DNA from: Felis catus
Taxonomy: Eukaryota
Direction of reading: 5' to 3'
Assembly (NCBI RefSeq): GCF_018350175.1
Contig: NC_058368.1
Span: 16,432,001 to 16,496,000 of the forward strand
Length of the DNA: 64,000 bases
Below the pieces are notes generated by a model. It was not told the DNA's origin and ran no database searches. It was given only the letters and a program-made list of their open reading frames with translations. The translations under genes and the position numbers were made by a program. Below are positions 14,073 to 27,601 of this stretch, one piece after another. The stretch's first letter is position 1. The number at the start of each line of letters is the position of its first letter.

Positions 14073-14261
14073 AGTCTTCCAGTTTTTCCAACTTTTTCTA
14101 TTTTTCTAATTTTTTCTTTCCTTACCTAAGTCAATCCTCTTTATTGAGGTTATGAACAGGCAAATTTAGTTCATGAAGATGTCTTTGCTGTCAGATGCAT
14201 AGAAGTTACACATCTAGCACATATTCTGTGGTACAGATTGGTGTAATATCTAATTACAGGA
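14073..14261 (+). repeat. Copy 2 of ~185-bp diverged direct repeat
   Basis: Shares aacaggcaaatttagttca and gcacatattct, among other blocks, with 12923-13107. Confidence 0.9.
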
Positions 14262-14604
14262 ACAAACACAAAAATATTAAGAGTCATCCCCATCAAGTCA
14301 CTGAACTGTAGTGCAGACAGAACAGCTGAACACAGTGCAGTGGTAGCCAGAGGATAACAGCTGACTAATTCACCATATAAATGCCTGGAAAGACCTAGAC
14401 CAGCATGAAACAGACTGGGATGCAATGAATAGGAGAGACATGAGTAGATTTAAGGACCTGGATCAGTTAAGGAGAAAAAAAATTCTCATACCTAGTTTCT
14501 GACAGATCTTTACCCTACGCATCACCATCATGACCTTACAGTAAAATGACAAATCATATTGTCTCTATATAATATATTTGGATGTTGTAGAGATTAAGAA
14601 GATA

Positions 14605-14833
14605 CAAGCCTTGGAACAGCCCACTGGGATCTGAATCCTGATCTGCTGTTTCCTGATTGTGCGAATGTTAATAAATTATTAAATTTTCAATGTGATTTTT
14701 TCCCTGATATGTGGGGATAATAGAAACACTTACCATATAAGGTTATTATAAAATTAATTGAACTAGTACATGAAGAATACAGCAGTTCCTAGGTGATACT
14801 TATGTTCAATAAGTGCTAGGCATTACTATTATT
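14605..14833 (+). mobile_element. MIR remnant
   Basis: ctgggatctgaatcctgatctgc ... ggggataatagaaacacttacc ... ttcaataagtgctaggcattactattatt. Confidence 0.7.
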
Positions 14834-14916
14834 GTATATACACACATATATTTACATGCACAAGAATATGTGTATACACACATATGTCCATATACATACA
14901 AAGTTACATAGTCGTC

Positions 14917-15130
14917 TTTTAAAAAAAATGTTTATTTATTTATCTTGAGAGAGAGAGAGAATAAGAGTGAGCAGGGGAGGGGCTGAGAGGGAGGTAGAGA
15001 CAGAATCCTAAGCAGGTTCCACATTGTCAGCGTGGAGCCTGACACGGGGCTTGACCTCACAAACTGTGAGATCATGACCTGAGCTGAAATTGAGTTGGAC
15101 ACTCAACTGACTGAGCCACCTGGGTGCCCC
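14917..15130 (-). mobile_element. CAN-SINE
   Basis: tttatttattt...(GA)n...gagatcatgacctgagctgaaa...ctgagccacctgggtgcccc. Confidence 0.92.
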
Positions 15131-17727
15131 ACAGTTATCCATGGTTTTATACTAAAATATATAATACTTATTCATTTTCTGAATTTTACAGAGTATTGCT
15201 GTTATGTCAGTTGATATATATATTTACATATTATATAACCTCATTTTAATTAATGGAATGTCACAAAATAGGGGATTAGTTTTAAAAGATTCTATAGGGA
15301 ACTTACTTTAAGGAGATGGTAATAATTATTCAAGCATAAGGTAATACCAATACGGTAAATAGTTGACTGAGTTTTTATTAGACTCATTAAAAGGTAAAAA
15401 ATCAGTGAAGATTCAATCATATCTGAGGAGGAATTGGCAAAAAAGCTTGAGATAAGCCAAGAAGACTGATTAGAGTCTGTTCTCTGCAAACTTATTGGCC
15501 AAGAAACCCCTTGACTCTGTCAAGGTCAAAGAATCTCCCATCTAGTCATCAAATCACCTGATTACTCTCCTTGGACTTAAATGTCAAATTCATATTTGCA
15601 AATTGGGACTCAAGGAGTAGCTCAAAGCACATTTCTAGGGCATCAGTTCTGATGTCTCCACATCCAGAAGGGAAGATGACAACTGAACTCCATCTGATCG
15701 TGTTGGCGAGGCAGGGGCAGGATTTAACTTCTTACATCATTTCTGGGCCTAAATTCAAAATTGGTTTGGCAACTGAGCTGGGATATGAGTGGGCAGTAAT
15801 GGGAAGTTGAAAATGCAGAGGCAAAAGGAATAAGGTAGGAGGTGATAAAGCCAATGTTGAATACATTAAATTATTGAACATGGCAAATAAACAAAACCCA
15901 ATATAGGTAATGGGAAGGTAGAGTTAATAGATATTGTTCTCTGAAAATCACAAAGGGCAGCATTTGGTACAAATTCCCTATCTATTCATCAATACCTCTC
16001 TTCAAGATATATGTGAAAGACTGTTTTAAACTGTCATGGAAGGTAGATGAAACACTGCCAGTTATTTCTAGGTGGCTACCTAGAAGTTTTCTTAAAAAAT
16101 GAAGAGAGGCGTGGAGGAAGACAATTATACAGTTTTGAAGAAACCACCATTTGACTCTGGCTCATGTAGGGGAATAGAAGGTGAGAACGGTAGATGCAAA
16201 ATGGAAGCAGGTTTGGTCCTGATCCCAGCCAGCCAGTTCCCACCTCTGGGCCAGTTCCCACCTCTGATGAGCCACCAACAGTTTCTGCTCTGAGAAGCAG
16301 CACAAAGGTGCTCCACTTTTACTCAGAAACTCCCAGGGAGACTTTTACTGAGGACCAAAATCTGTTCCCCTTTCTTCCATTGGAACAAGAATCCAGAAGG
16401 GAAAAAAGAGACACAATGGGAATGAATACTAGTTATCCTTATGAGATGAAACAGTATGGTTCCTTTTTTCCTCCTTCCCTTCCCTTTTAATGTAACATCA
16501 AACATATATTTCTGAGAAAATTAAATTGTACAAGACCCTGCACAATAGGGTGTTCTTTATACCTTCTTTTCAGAAACAACGGTTGACACCATAGAACACA
16601 GTCCCTCCTCTACTCTGCCAATTTATACTCATAAATGATATAAGTGTAGAGTTATATTTGTTTCAAATGTGTTAGATCCTATAAGCAGATAAGTTTTTCA
16701 CTCTAGTCTCAAGGTCAAGAATAAAGTCATTTCCTTTATGCTCACTAATCTCTTTTCCTGCCACTGAACTCCTTTCTGCCTCCCTGACAACAGCTCCTCA
16801 GACTATCTCGGCTAACACATTTCCTGGGCTAAAAATAACACTCAGTTGTTAATTATCTGTTTATTGAGGTTGGAATGAATTTAACTAGTCTACAATGGGG
16901 AAAGGAAGGCTATGTGTTTTGGAAACAGCAGAGCCCACACAGTAACTGACCAGCCGGCACTTTCTGCTCCAACGTGTAGGACAACAGAGGGGAGAACTGA
17001 ACATAAACAGCACATAAAAGCGCCAGAGAAGAAAACAGTTTCATGTGCCTCAGCCAGTCTCTGACATTACTCTCTAAAGCTGAGAAGAATATGGATAAAG
17101 TGTTTGTTCCAGAGGAATTATTCCTTGGTATCCTTTTTCATTCCTTCTCCCTCTCTCCTCCCTCATCTCATTGTCACCCACGTGTTTGTCTGCAAAGTTC
17201 CTTTCATGCTGCCCTCCTCTCCATCCCCTCTGCCCTATCTCTAACCTAGTTCTTCATTTCTCTCAATGATTATTAACTAATGGGCTTCCCTCTCTCTCTC
17301 TCTCTTTTGAAATGACTGAAATTATGTTCTTAAAAGTGAGATTATCATTTTCTGGATTTCTATTTCCCATGAGTACAAGCGTTGCTCGTTCACATCCTGG
17401 TCTGGGTAGCCTTATGGTAACTCTCTGAGTTAATGCACATCTCAGTCAGTACAGATAGATCATGAAGCATGTGTGAAGAATGACCTGAAAACAAGAAATA
17501 AACTGTTATATAAGAGGAAATTAGTTACTGAAAACTTAGACCTGTAACCATCGTTAGGAATTCTTCAAAGGAACTCAACCTGCAACCCAAAGGAAATGAG
17601 GGCACATAAGAATGTTACTGATTTTTCTAACCCAGGGTACTTCTAGCCTTGTGAATATTAAAAGTTTTTGCATATAAACTAGATCTTCAGGTGATTCCTA
17701 AGGCTTAATTAAAATAGAGTTGCTCAT

Positions 17728-18181
17728 TGTATTAGTTTCCTAGGACTGCCATAACAAAGTACCACAAACTGGGTGGCTTAAAGCAATAGAATTTATTAGC
17801 TCACAGTCTAGAGGCTTAAAGTCCAAAATCAGCATGTTAAGAAGAAAGCTGTACTCCCTCTAAGACTTTGGGTGGAATCCTTCCTTGTCTTTTCCTACCG
17901 CCTAGAAGTGGCCTTGGCATTCCTTGCCTTGCAGTTGGATTATTCCAATCTCTGTCTCTCTCGTCACATAGCTGTGTGCCTCACTCCACGTCCTCTGCTC
18001 TGTTCTTACAACGACATGAGTCCTATTGGATTAAAGGCCTATCTTACTCCAATATGACCTCATCTTAACTAATTTCATCTGCTAGAACTCTTTTCTGAAA
18101 ATGATCAAATTCTTAGGTACTTGGGGTTAGTATCCTAACACATCATTTTTTTTGAGGGGGGACATAATTTAGACTATAATA
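17728..18181 (-). mobile_element. MLT1 (ERVL-MaLR) solo LTR
   Basis: tgtattagtttcctaggactgccataacaaagtaccacaaactgggtggcttaaa ... tatgacctcatcttaactaat ... gggggacataattt. Confidence 0.88.
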
Positions 18182-19189
18182 TTCCCAGTTCCTCATTTTC
18201 TCAGAGTTGCCTATCATATAGCTTTTGGTTCTATAGTTTATATAAAAATGGCTCTTTTAAGTGCTCCAAATACTTTTCAAATCCATAAATAATATTTCAG
18301 AACTCTGTCTTCCACTCTATGTTCAATGTGCCTCCCTCTCCTATTTTTCTACTTCTTTATTTTCTCACCATGATTGATAATAAATGACAACGACTAATAA
18401 GGAATTAAGAAGAGTAATTATCAATAACATTATGACGTGAGGGAACTCTACATGCAGGCAGCCAGCTGTCCTTATGATGCAAGTTTAAGATTGTCTGTAA
18501 ACAAAAAGATAAAACCATCTCCTGTAACAGTCTGCTACTATAATTAAACTTTCTACCTAAGGGCTTTCTGGTGATGTGCGTATTTTAACTGGCATAAAAT
18601 ATTACGATGCTTAGGCAAGCAAGGCATTAAGCATATACACCAGAGTTACCTAGCTGAAATAGTCACATGATGGGATAAAAAAAACAAAAACAAAAACAAA
18701 AAAAACTAACAAAAAACCAAAAACCAAAAACCAGAGCTTTGGTGGCTGGAAAAATGAGAGACATGAAATGTTGATCTGGATCAGTACTATACCCCTAGTG
18801 AAGAACTCTAAGGACTCGGAGAAACATATAGATGCTGATTATTTGAGAGAAGACATCTGAGATTAGGTATAAAATAGAACTCTCCAACATAAGAAAAACT
18901 TTACCTAAGTTTTGCCTGGTTTGATCATATTCCTAATCTTAAATTACCAGCAATTTTTTTTCTATTAGAAAATTGCCATTTGAAAGTCACAGAGATATGT
19001 GTAACTCAATGAGTTCATAATCAATTATTTGGGGCTATAACATTGCTTATCCACCTGCATGCACAGCATTGATGAACCCCTCTCTGTCTGCTGGTGGCCG
19101 AAGTTAAGATTTGGGGAGCTCCTGGCATCAAAAAACTATGTTGTTTATCTCCAATTCCTTGTGACCATATGCAATTCAACTATCCAGGT

Positions 19190-20020
19190 ACAATAACAAG
19201 AAAACAAACAATCTAATTTAAAAAAAAGCCCTGAGATTTGAACAAACACCATCAAAAGATATACTGGTGGCAAATAAGGACATGAAAGAAAGATGCTTCA
19301 CACCTCTGTAATCAGGGAAATGTAAAATAAAACCACAGCAAAATAACACTACACACCTATTAGAATGGCTAAAATAAAAAAGATAAACCATGATATGGGT
19401 TGGTAGGAATTTGGAGAAACTGGAACTCTCATATGTTGACCATCAAAATGTAACCAGCTTTGGAAAACAATTTACAATTAAAAAAAATTTGAACCTACGT
19501 TTACCATGTGATGAACTCATTCCAATCTCAGGCATTTATCCAAAAGAAAAGAAGGCATCTGTCCATACAAAGACTTGCATACAAATGTCATAGTAGTTTC
19601 GTTTGTAATAGCCAAAAACAAAAAACGGTTCAAACTCCTGGATGGATAAACAAAACGTGGCATGACCATACTATGGAAGAATACTCAGCAATAAAAAGGA
19701 AGGAACCATTGTTGTGCACACACAGTTGAATCTCAAAATAAGTATGTCGAATGAAAAGCTGGAGGAAAAAAAAAAGCACATATGGTATAATTGCATGTAT
19801 ATAAACTCTAGAAAATGCAAACTAATTTACGGTGACAGAAAGTTGATCAGCAGTTGCCCGAGAAGAGGCAGAGAAAAATTATAAAAGAGCAAAAGGCAAC
19901 TTGTGGGGTAACAGATATTTTCACACAGTATGTACCCATGTAATAAAAACTTGTCCAAGTATTCACTTTAAGCATTTGCAGTTTCTTGCATGTCAATTTT
20001 ACCTCAGCGAAGTTGTTTAA
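19190..20020 (+). mobile_element. Old LINE-1 (L1MC/MD-like) 3' fragment
   Basis: Degenerate ORF2 end (acacctattagaatggctaaaat, ggagaaactggaactctcata) and 3' UTR ending tgtcaattttacctca. Confidence 0.85.
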
Positions 20021-21313
20021 AATGTCTGTCCCTATTTTGCTGAGGCCACAAGCACATTCAGAATGATCCACCTCCCAGCTGTTACTAGGCCTATCAAGCC
20101 GGCTTCTTTCTCTTGTAATTATCTCCTTGGTTCATTTCAATATCACTCCATTCAGATTGTCATAATATATTATCATAGCATCAGATGTCATTATTTCAGG
20201 CTTAAACTAGGAAAATTGGCCCGTTTTCTGCCCATGGCTATCAGCCTCTGAGGGCTCCTTCTAACTTTTGCACCAAACTGCTGAGAAGATCCTTACAAAT
20301 AGCAAATGGAACTGTGTCTCCTTCTCTTTTAATACTCTGCACTATTTCACAGTCTCCAGGAAAAAGCCCTATGGCCCCTGTCCCCTTTCCCTCAGCTTGC
20401 ATAGTTATACTTCCGACATACAAACCGTTCATGCTCCGACCGGCTCTGGATCTTTCTGATGATTGTAGGCTTGCATATGCTGTTGCTTTGGGATTGTGTA
20501 TCTCCCATTTCTTCATGGTGAAGATTGGTCCTCCAACCCAGCTGCTAATTCTCCTGGCCACTCCTACAGTCAATTGCCCTTTTTTCACTCAGTGCTGATA
20601 TTGTACCTTGAACAGTCATTTACGGTTGCACTTATTCCCTTTATCTCCTGCATTTTAGTTATGGGTTGTAGTGAGATACCTGAGAAGGGGCTGTTAATTT
20701 TCATCACATAATCTCTAGCCCCAGTACTAGATGTGAGATGTCAATGAATGTCTACTCAATGGAATTAAATGCTGAACATGGTTCAAGACTTAGGGGTCCA
20801 TCTAATCAGGCACTAACCACTCATGTAAGTTCCAAAAAAAGGCCTGGCTGAAGGCATGAACCTCAACATTAAGGAGGAGGATCCTTTACACTCTGGAGCT
20901 TTTTTCCAGGAGTTACAAAGTTAGCAGCTTCTCCTTCTTCATGTAACATGAACTAGTCCGGGGAACTTCTTCGGGGATCCACTGTGTTGCTTGATTGTAG
21001 GGTGAGAAGGTTGCTTTAGTCCAGATTAAATGTCAAGTTTAGCAGCTATTGAAGATTTTCCTTGGAAAATTCATTCTTACAAGGAACACAGAGGCAGCGG
21101 ATTTCAAATTCATTTCAAAGAAATGTGGCTCAATTCCAAGAGAATCAATTGAAAGAGGGGCAAGGTCTGGATGTAGCAACCATGGTCTTCAGCACTCTTC
21201 AATGTTCTTGAGACTGTTTTAAAAGAGGATAATAATGATCTTCTTTCCCTACCTTTTGTGTAATTGGAGACATGCATTTCTGATGAAGAATGTAAAAAAA
21301 AAAAAAAAAGATT

Positions 21314-21520
21314 GGGGCACCTGGGTGGCTCAGTGGGTTGAGCATCTGACTTTAGCTCAGGTCATGATCTCGCTATTCGTGAGTTCAAGCCCCGCATCGG
21401 GCTCTGTGTTCACAGCTCAGAGCCTGGAGCCTGCTTTAGAGTCTATGTCTCCCTCTCTCTTGGCCCCTCTCCTGTTCTCACTCTGTCTGTCTCTCAAAAA
21501 TAAACAAATGTTAAAAAAAC
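21314..21520 (+). mobile_element. CAN-SINE
   Basis: ggggcacctgggtggctcagtgggttgagc...(CT)n caaaaataaac A-tail. Confidence 0.93.
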
Positions 21521-21679
21521 TAAAATGAAAAGATAAACCAATCTCAAGAAATTGTTTTCTTGTATATAAAACTATTGATGATGTACAAACTTTGGGAAGA
21601 AAATACCAATTTTGGACTCTGGTACAAGAAAACATTAAAGTTAAAAATGCATGCCAATGAACTATAAATGTTTTTAAAA

Positions 21680-21893
21680 ACATTTATTAACATTTATTCA
21701 TCTTTGAGAGACAGAGAGAGACAGAGCATGAGCGGGGAAGGGGCAGAGAGAGAGGGAGACACAGAATCCGAAGCAGGCTCCAGGCTCTGAGCTGTCAGCA
21801 CAGAGCCCTATGTGGGGCTTGAGCTCATGAACTGCGAAATCATGTCCTGATCAGAAGTTGGACACTCAACTGACTGAGCCACCCAGGCGCCTC
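21680..21893 (-). mobile_element. CAN-SINE
   Basis: Reverse-complement SINEC ending ctgagccacccaggcgcc; tail-to-tail with 21314-21520. Confidence 0.93.
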
Positions 21894-22194
21894 TAGAAAT
21901 ATTTTTTAAATCACTTTTAGTTTCTACACAGTGGATAAGTATTGTTCACTATTCATAAAATTGAAACACTCTAAAAGTAGTTTCAAAGTTTTGTTCTCTT
22001 ATGTGATTATGAACATACATTACACCACATATATTGATAGGTTCAAGCAAATTGTATTTTTAATTCTCAATAATCAGTGTCACTCAGTTCCAAAAGGCAA
22101 ATACATCCCCAAATTCCATTTCATCCAGTTATAAGCTTCTATAATATAACCTGCATATTAGGGATTGTCTCTAAAAGATTTTCAGTACTTTATT

Positions 22195-22455
22195 ATTTTT
22201 TTTATTAACTATATTCCCTATGCTGTACATTGTATCCCATGTCTTACTTCTTTATAACTGGAAATCTGTACCTTTTAATCCCCTTTTTCTATTTTGGCCA
22301 TTCCCCCACTCCTTCCCCTCTGGCAACCACCAGGTTGTTCTCTGTATTTATAAGTCTGTTTCTATTTTGTTTTGTTTGTTCATTTGTTTTGTTTTATAGA
22401 TCCCACATATAAGTGAAATCATATGGAATTTGTCTTTCTCTGCTTGACATTTCAC
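22195..22455 (-). mobile_element. LINE-1 3' UTR fragment
   Basis: cctctggcaaccacca...ttttatagatcccacatataagtgaaatcatatgg...tttgtctttctctg. Confidence 0.8.
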
Positions 22456-24659
22456 AAGTCGTAATCGTTAAATATCACAAAATGTGAACATAGTGTTTAG
22501 GAGTTAGTTATGCGTGTATAATCTGACTATAAAATTCAAGGCAAATTTTGTAATAAGCCTAGCTTGTAGAAGGGATTCAGTGTCAATTAAGTGTCCTATG
22601 TCAGCACCAGTATCCATTCCAACCTTCCCTCCACCAAGACAGTATGATTCGGGCAGTCCTATGGACAGTAATCCAATAACTCTCAATCCTGCTCCCCTGG
22701 AATATCCAAAATTACATATCTGCTTTCCTAGCAGCAGAACCAGACTGCCCCTCTAGAACTGCTTACATTAAACTGGGAATGGGCTGATTATGAAATGAAA
22801 GAATTCATACAAAATTACAGCTAATTGGATTCACCTTAATCTTTCATTTGCGTTTAGGAAATGATAAAAGATAACGAATGGCAGCAATTTAGGTCCCAGG
22901 GCTGAAAGAACTGTGCCTTTCCACCCTGGCTTCTCCCCACTAGTCCTGTCTCTCCTCAGTTTCCTGATCTATACTGACTCAGGGAGGAGAAAGGGCAAGC
23001 AGTCGTCATGTCCTCAGCCTTTAATGCTGGCGCCCTCTCTATCCTAAAATAGGGATGTGATTTCTTAATTCAGACAGACAAGAGGCTTCCACACTTGATA
23101 GTAAATAGAGTCACAATCTTAGAAATAATAAAGATAATGATAATCACACACACTGGCTCTTTATTTTTGGTATCTAGACTTTCAGTAGAAATAAATAAAA
23201 GCTATGAGGAGGTTTGCAAATGCTCACGAATTTCTTTCTAAATTCTTCTCTAGTGGTAGAAAGTCCATTTGATAACAAGCAGAACCTATCTGTTTCACAT
23301 CATCTGGACATATTATTGCCAACTGTGAGTAACTATTTAACTACCTCCAAACATTTATAATGCAATTTTGGTGCATAATACATATAAGAAATGTAGTCAA
23401 AATATTTACTTATATTTCTGTCACAGTAATTTTACTTTGCCCAAAACATTGCTGAAAGCTGAAGACAGTTTGAACTTTTTTCCTCTTACTAAATTCAGTT
23501 AAGACCATGATACATATTCTGGACACTTCCGTAGGTACCTCCTTGTCTAATCCCAGAGGAATTCAAAATCACCATTGGAATTCAAAAAGGGAATATTGTC
23601 ATACCTCGTCCCAGGATTTAAGAGCAGTAAGGTTATATAAAACATATAATATTTAATTTGAAAGTCCTAATTTTCAGAATACCATTTATTTAGTTGAAAG
23701 TGAAAAAGCAGAGTCCAAAGGGTGGCAAAGAAACTTCCTTTTTCTTTCTTCTTGTAAATAAATGGCATCCAAGTGATATCTACCTTCTCAGCTTGCTGAA
23801 GAAAGGATTCTCATGTAGCAAAGGGCTAGAGAAGCCTTTCTTACATAAGTTCTTGAAATTGATATATTCTCAATATTTCATTTTTATCGCAACGATCTTC
23901 TGTTGTGTCTGCACAAGTTACAAGTCTGCCCAGAGAAGGAGATGTCTTCCAACCAGAAGTAAGGGCAAGACAAAATTTTCCATCCCGGGATATTGTGGAG
24001 GCAGGAATCACTGGGCAGAGAGACACAGGGAGCCTCTTTTGAGGTAGTTTTTCACAGTGTCACTGAAATATTGACCTCAAAAGGTAGCTAAAATTTTAAA
24101 TATTGAGAATATTATTTGGGTTGAGGATTTGGAACATTCACTCATTATCTAAAAGATGATAATACCTTCGGATACTAAATGTCAGCATTCAGATACTGCC
24201 CAATACTTAGATTTGAAGGGAATCCAAAACATCATAAGCATCAGTCAATTCCACCAGAGAGATGTCAATAATAACAAAGTACATATCATCTTGTCCTTGT
24301 GAAATTATAGAATTAATGCATAACAAGAACATTATCGATAATCAGTAATCACTGTGGAATTGCTAGTTCAATGAGGAAGGCAAAACTTTGTATGTGAAGC
24401 AACTAGAGAATGGGAAATTATATCTTCTGTCACCCTTCACCTTTCTTCCCTTCATGCAGACATTCTCATCGCCATAGTCCTCTGTCCCAAACATGCTACT
24501 TCCTCACTCAGCCACTCCAATAACCATGCCATCTTTTTCTGCTCTGGCCAGGCTTCATCCTGAAAAAGCCTTCCAGAAACACCCTTCACAGTGGTGGGTT
24601 TTCTCTATGTGTACACATAGCAGCATCAATTATATTCCATAATATTATAGTTAACTCTT

Positions 24660-24856
24660 TTTTAAAAAATATTTGTTTATTTTTGGGAGCGTGCAAGCAG
24701 GGGAGGGTTAGAGAGAGGAGGACAGATGATCCTAAGTGGCTCTGCGCTGACAGGCTGACAGCAGCAAGCTGGACACAGAGCTCAAACTCATGAACTGCAA
24801 GATCATGACCTAAGCCGAAGTCGGATGCTCAACCGACTGAGCCACCCAGGTGTCCC
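24660..24856 (-). mobile_element. CAN-SINE
   Basis: TSD tatagttaactctt at 24646-24659 and 24857-24870. Confidence 0.92.
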
Positions 24857-25761
24857 TATAGTTAACTCTTCATTGATACATTATCTCTGTATATCCCCTT
24901 ACCTATTTGACATTATTTATCTCAGTAACTATACTGTTTTGCAGAGTTTCTGGTATGAAGAAGATTCTGGAGAAATATTTTTAGAATGAATAAGTAAATA
25001 TATAAATAGCCACAGAAGAAAGACAAAATTTACCTACTGCTTTCAAAATTGTGCCTAGGTTATTTTATGGCTTTAATACTGCTGTTTAGCATAGAAGAAG
25101 AGGCTGAGTCTAAACATATGGCTGAGGGCTAAAAAAAGAAGAACAAACAATAAAATATCCTTTCTAAAAGAAGTCAAAGATATATAGCACACTATATAAC
25201 TGGCTTTATTAGTCTGTCCTATGAACTTGGAAGAAAATTATGTTCTCAGTAAATCAACTTGATGGTGATATAAGAAAAAAGAACTATTTACTTTAACTTT
25301 CTTGCAAATTTAAGTACTGATTTCTGACTCTTGCTGGATTATTAGATGTCTACTCTCCTGGTTTATATAAACACTGAGATAAAACACTGATCCCCAGTTT
25401 ATGTATAAGACCTGAAGTAGCAACAAAATAAGTATTGACTGTGACTGTGTTAACAGGCAATGCTTAAAGAATAAATAACCAAAAAATTCATAAAATTTTT
25501 TTGGGGGAGTGGGCTATTTAAGTTTTAGAAGTAGTTTTTTAGTTTATGTTTTTCAGGTTTTTGAGAGGGTAAGTTACTAGTTCCACCCCCAAGAAAAAGT
25601 AGTTCATACAACTTTCTCATTCCTATTTTTCAACTATGGTGGAATTAATTTATAGCTTTGGTATGGAAATTATTTGTTTTCACAGCAAAGAAAAGGACAC
25701 ACTTAGAAATATAAATATCAGATTAATGTTTCCTGTTTTAATATACTATTAAATGTATATA

Positions 25762-26022
25762 GGGGCATCTTGGTGGCTGAGTCAGTTGAACCTCCAACTC
25801 TTGATTTCGGCTCAGGTCATGATATCACGGTTGTGGGATCGAGCCTGGAGTCGGGTCTCTATGCTGGGCATAGAGTCTGCTTAAGATTCTCTGTCTCTGT
25901 CTCTCTCTGTAGATCTCTCTTTCTCTCACATGCTCCCTCTGCCCCTCCCCACTCACTCATGCTCTCTCTCTGTAAAAAAAAAAAAAAAAAATCTCTCTGT
26001 CTCTCTGTCTCTCTCTCTCTCT

Positions 26023-26063
<41 letters not shown>
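25762..26063 (+). mobile_element. CAN-SINE followed by a (CT)n(CA)n microsatellite
   Basis: ggggcatcttggtggctgagtcagttga... A-tail to ~25991, then CT and CA repeats. Confidence 0.88.
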
Positions 26064-26066
<3 letters not shown>

Positions 26067-26244
26067 TTTCTAGCTACCAATCATGTTATTTATCCCTTCT
26101 CTTATTAGAAAAATCTCAGCTGATGACTAATCTCCTTCATGGTCTTGAATTGCTCTTACCTCTAAGGTTGAGAACTGTGAGACTGAAGATATCTGGCCGT
26201 GGGTTTTATTAGTTATACATTTTCAACTCACAAGGGAATTATCA

Positions 26245-26558
26245 GCACATTCAGACTGCTATAACAGAATATCATAGATAGGGGGTCTTATAAACAGCAA
26301 ATATTTATTGCTCCCAGTTCTGAAAGCTGAGAAGCCACTTCTGGGCTCATAAACAGTCTTCTGACTGTAAGCTAACAGGGTAGAAAGAGTGAGGGATTTC
26401 TCTGGGACCTCTTTTATCAGGGCACTAATCCCATTACTAATCCCATCCTTGACCTAATCACCTGGGGAAGACCTCACCTCCAAACATCAGTTTGAGGATT
26501 AGGTTTCAACATATGAATTGTAGGGGTGGAGTGGAGTACAAAAGTTTAGTCTATAGCA
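26245..26558 (-). mobile_element. MLT1A-like solo LTR
   Basis: attcagactgctataacagaatatcataga...ttttatcagggcactaatccca...ggattaggtttcaacatatgaatt. Confidence 0.85.
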
Positions 26559-26612
26559 GGAACAAAGTAAAGAAGACAAAAATTTTTTAAAAAGAAAGGT
26601 AGACCATGACTT

Positions 26613-26828
26613 AAAAAAAATTTTTTTTTAAATGTTTATTTATTTTTGAGAAAGAGAAACAGAACAGAGCACAACCAGGGGAGGGGCAGAGAGAGAGAGA
26701 GAGGGGTGACAGAGAATCCGAAGCAGGCTCCAGGCTCTGAGGTGTAAGCACAGAGCCCAATGTGGGGCTCAAACCTACGACCTGTGAGATCATGACCTGA
26801 GCCGACTGAGTGAGCCACCCAGTGCTCC
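26613..26828 (-). mobile_element. CAN-SINE
   Basis: TSD tagaccatgactt at 26600-26612 and 26829-26841. Confidence 0.93.
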
Positions 26829-26984
26829 TAGACCATGACTTTTATATCAAGGTAATATATTGAGAAGAAATTTACTGTGTCTATACAATGCTGTGAAATA
26901 TGTGATTAGCTATTCTCCCTTACACCAGGAAAGATTGGTTTGATGTTTTAAGATGAGATTTCATTTAAAAATCCTCTTCACACA

Positions 26985-27200
26985 GGGGCTCCTGGGTGGC
27001 CCAGTCGGTTTAGCATCCACTTCAGCTCAGGTCACAATCTCACGGTTCATGAGTTCGAGCCCTGAATCAGGCTCTGTGCTGACAGCTTGGAGCCTAGAGC
27101 CTCCTTCAGATTCTGTGTCTCCCTCTCTCTCTGCTCCTCTCTCATTCATGCTCTGTCTCTGTCTCTCCCTCTCAAAAATAAACATTTAAAAAAATTTTTA
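26985..27200 (+). mobile_element. CAN-SINE
   Basis: TSD aaaaatcctcttcacaca at 26967-26984 and 27201-27218. Confidence 0.94.
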
Positions 27201-27424
27201 AAAAATCCTCTTCACACAATAACCACAAAACCAAATCTACTGTGAATGTGTGAATTCTCATGTCAATGTCACATTGAATCAGTTTAGATAAAATAACACT
27301 ATAATTCTTTGTTAAAAGATACGGGTTTTTCTCCTAGAGGTTATTGCTGCCTGTCGTGCAAATCTGCTTTTGTTTCCATTTTGCAAATTCACAACTAAAG
27401 ATAATTTTACTACCCTTTCAATAT

Positions 27425-27601
27425 TTTTTAAAATTTATTTTAGAAAGAACATGAATGGCAGGAGGTAGGCAGAGAGAGATTGAGAGCAAGAGAGAGAACC
27501 CTAAGCATGCTCAGCACGACTCGGCGCTCGATGACTGGGAGTATGACCTGAGCAGAAATCAAGAGTTGGATGCTCAACCAACTAAGCCACCCAGTTGCCC
27601 C
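27425..27601 (-). mobile_element. Older CAN-SINE
   Basis: atgacctgagcagaaatcaagagttggatgctcaaccaactaagccacccagttgcccc. Confidence 0.85.

Noticed and set aside
16076..16505. Cluster of overlapping short ORFs
   Set aside because: Explained by locally higher GC and a small tandem duplication; no known protein motif.
23022..23045. CTCF-like half motif (AGAGGGCGCC on minus)
   Set aside because: The 5' CCAC/CCAG half does not match; too weak to call.
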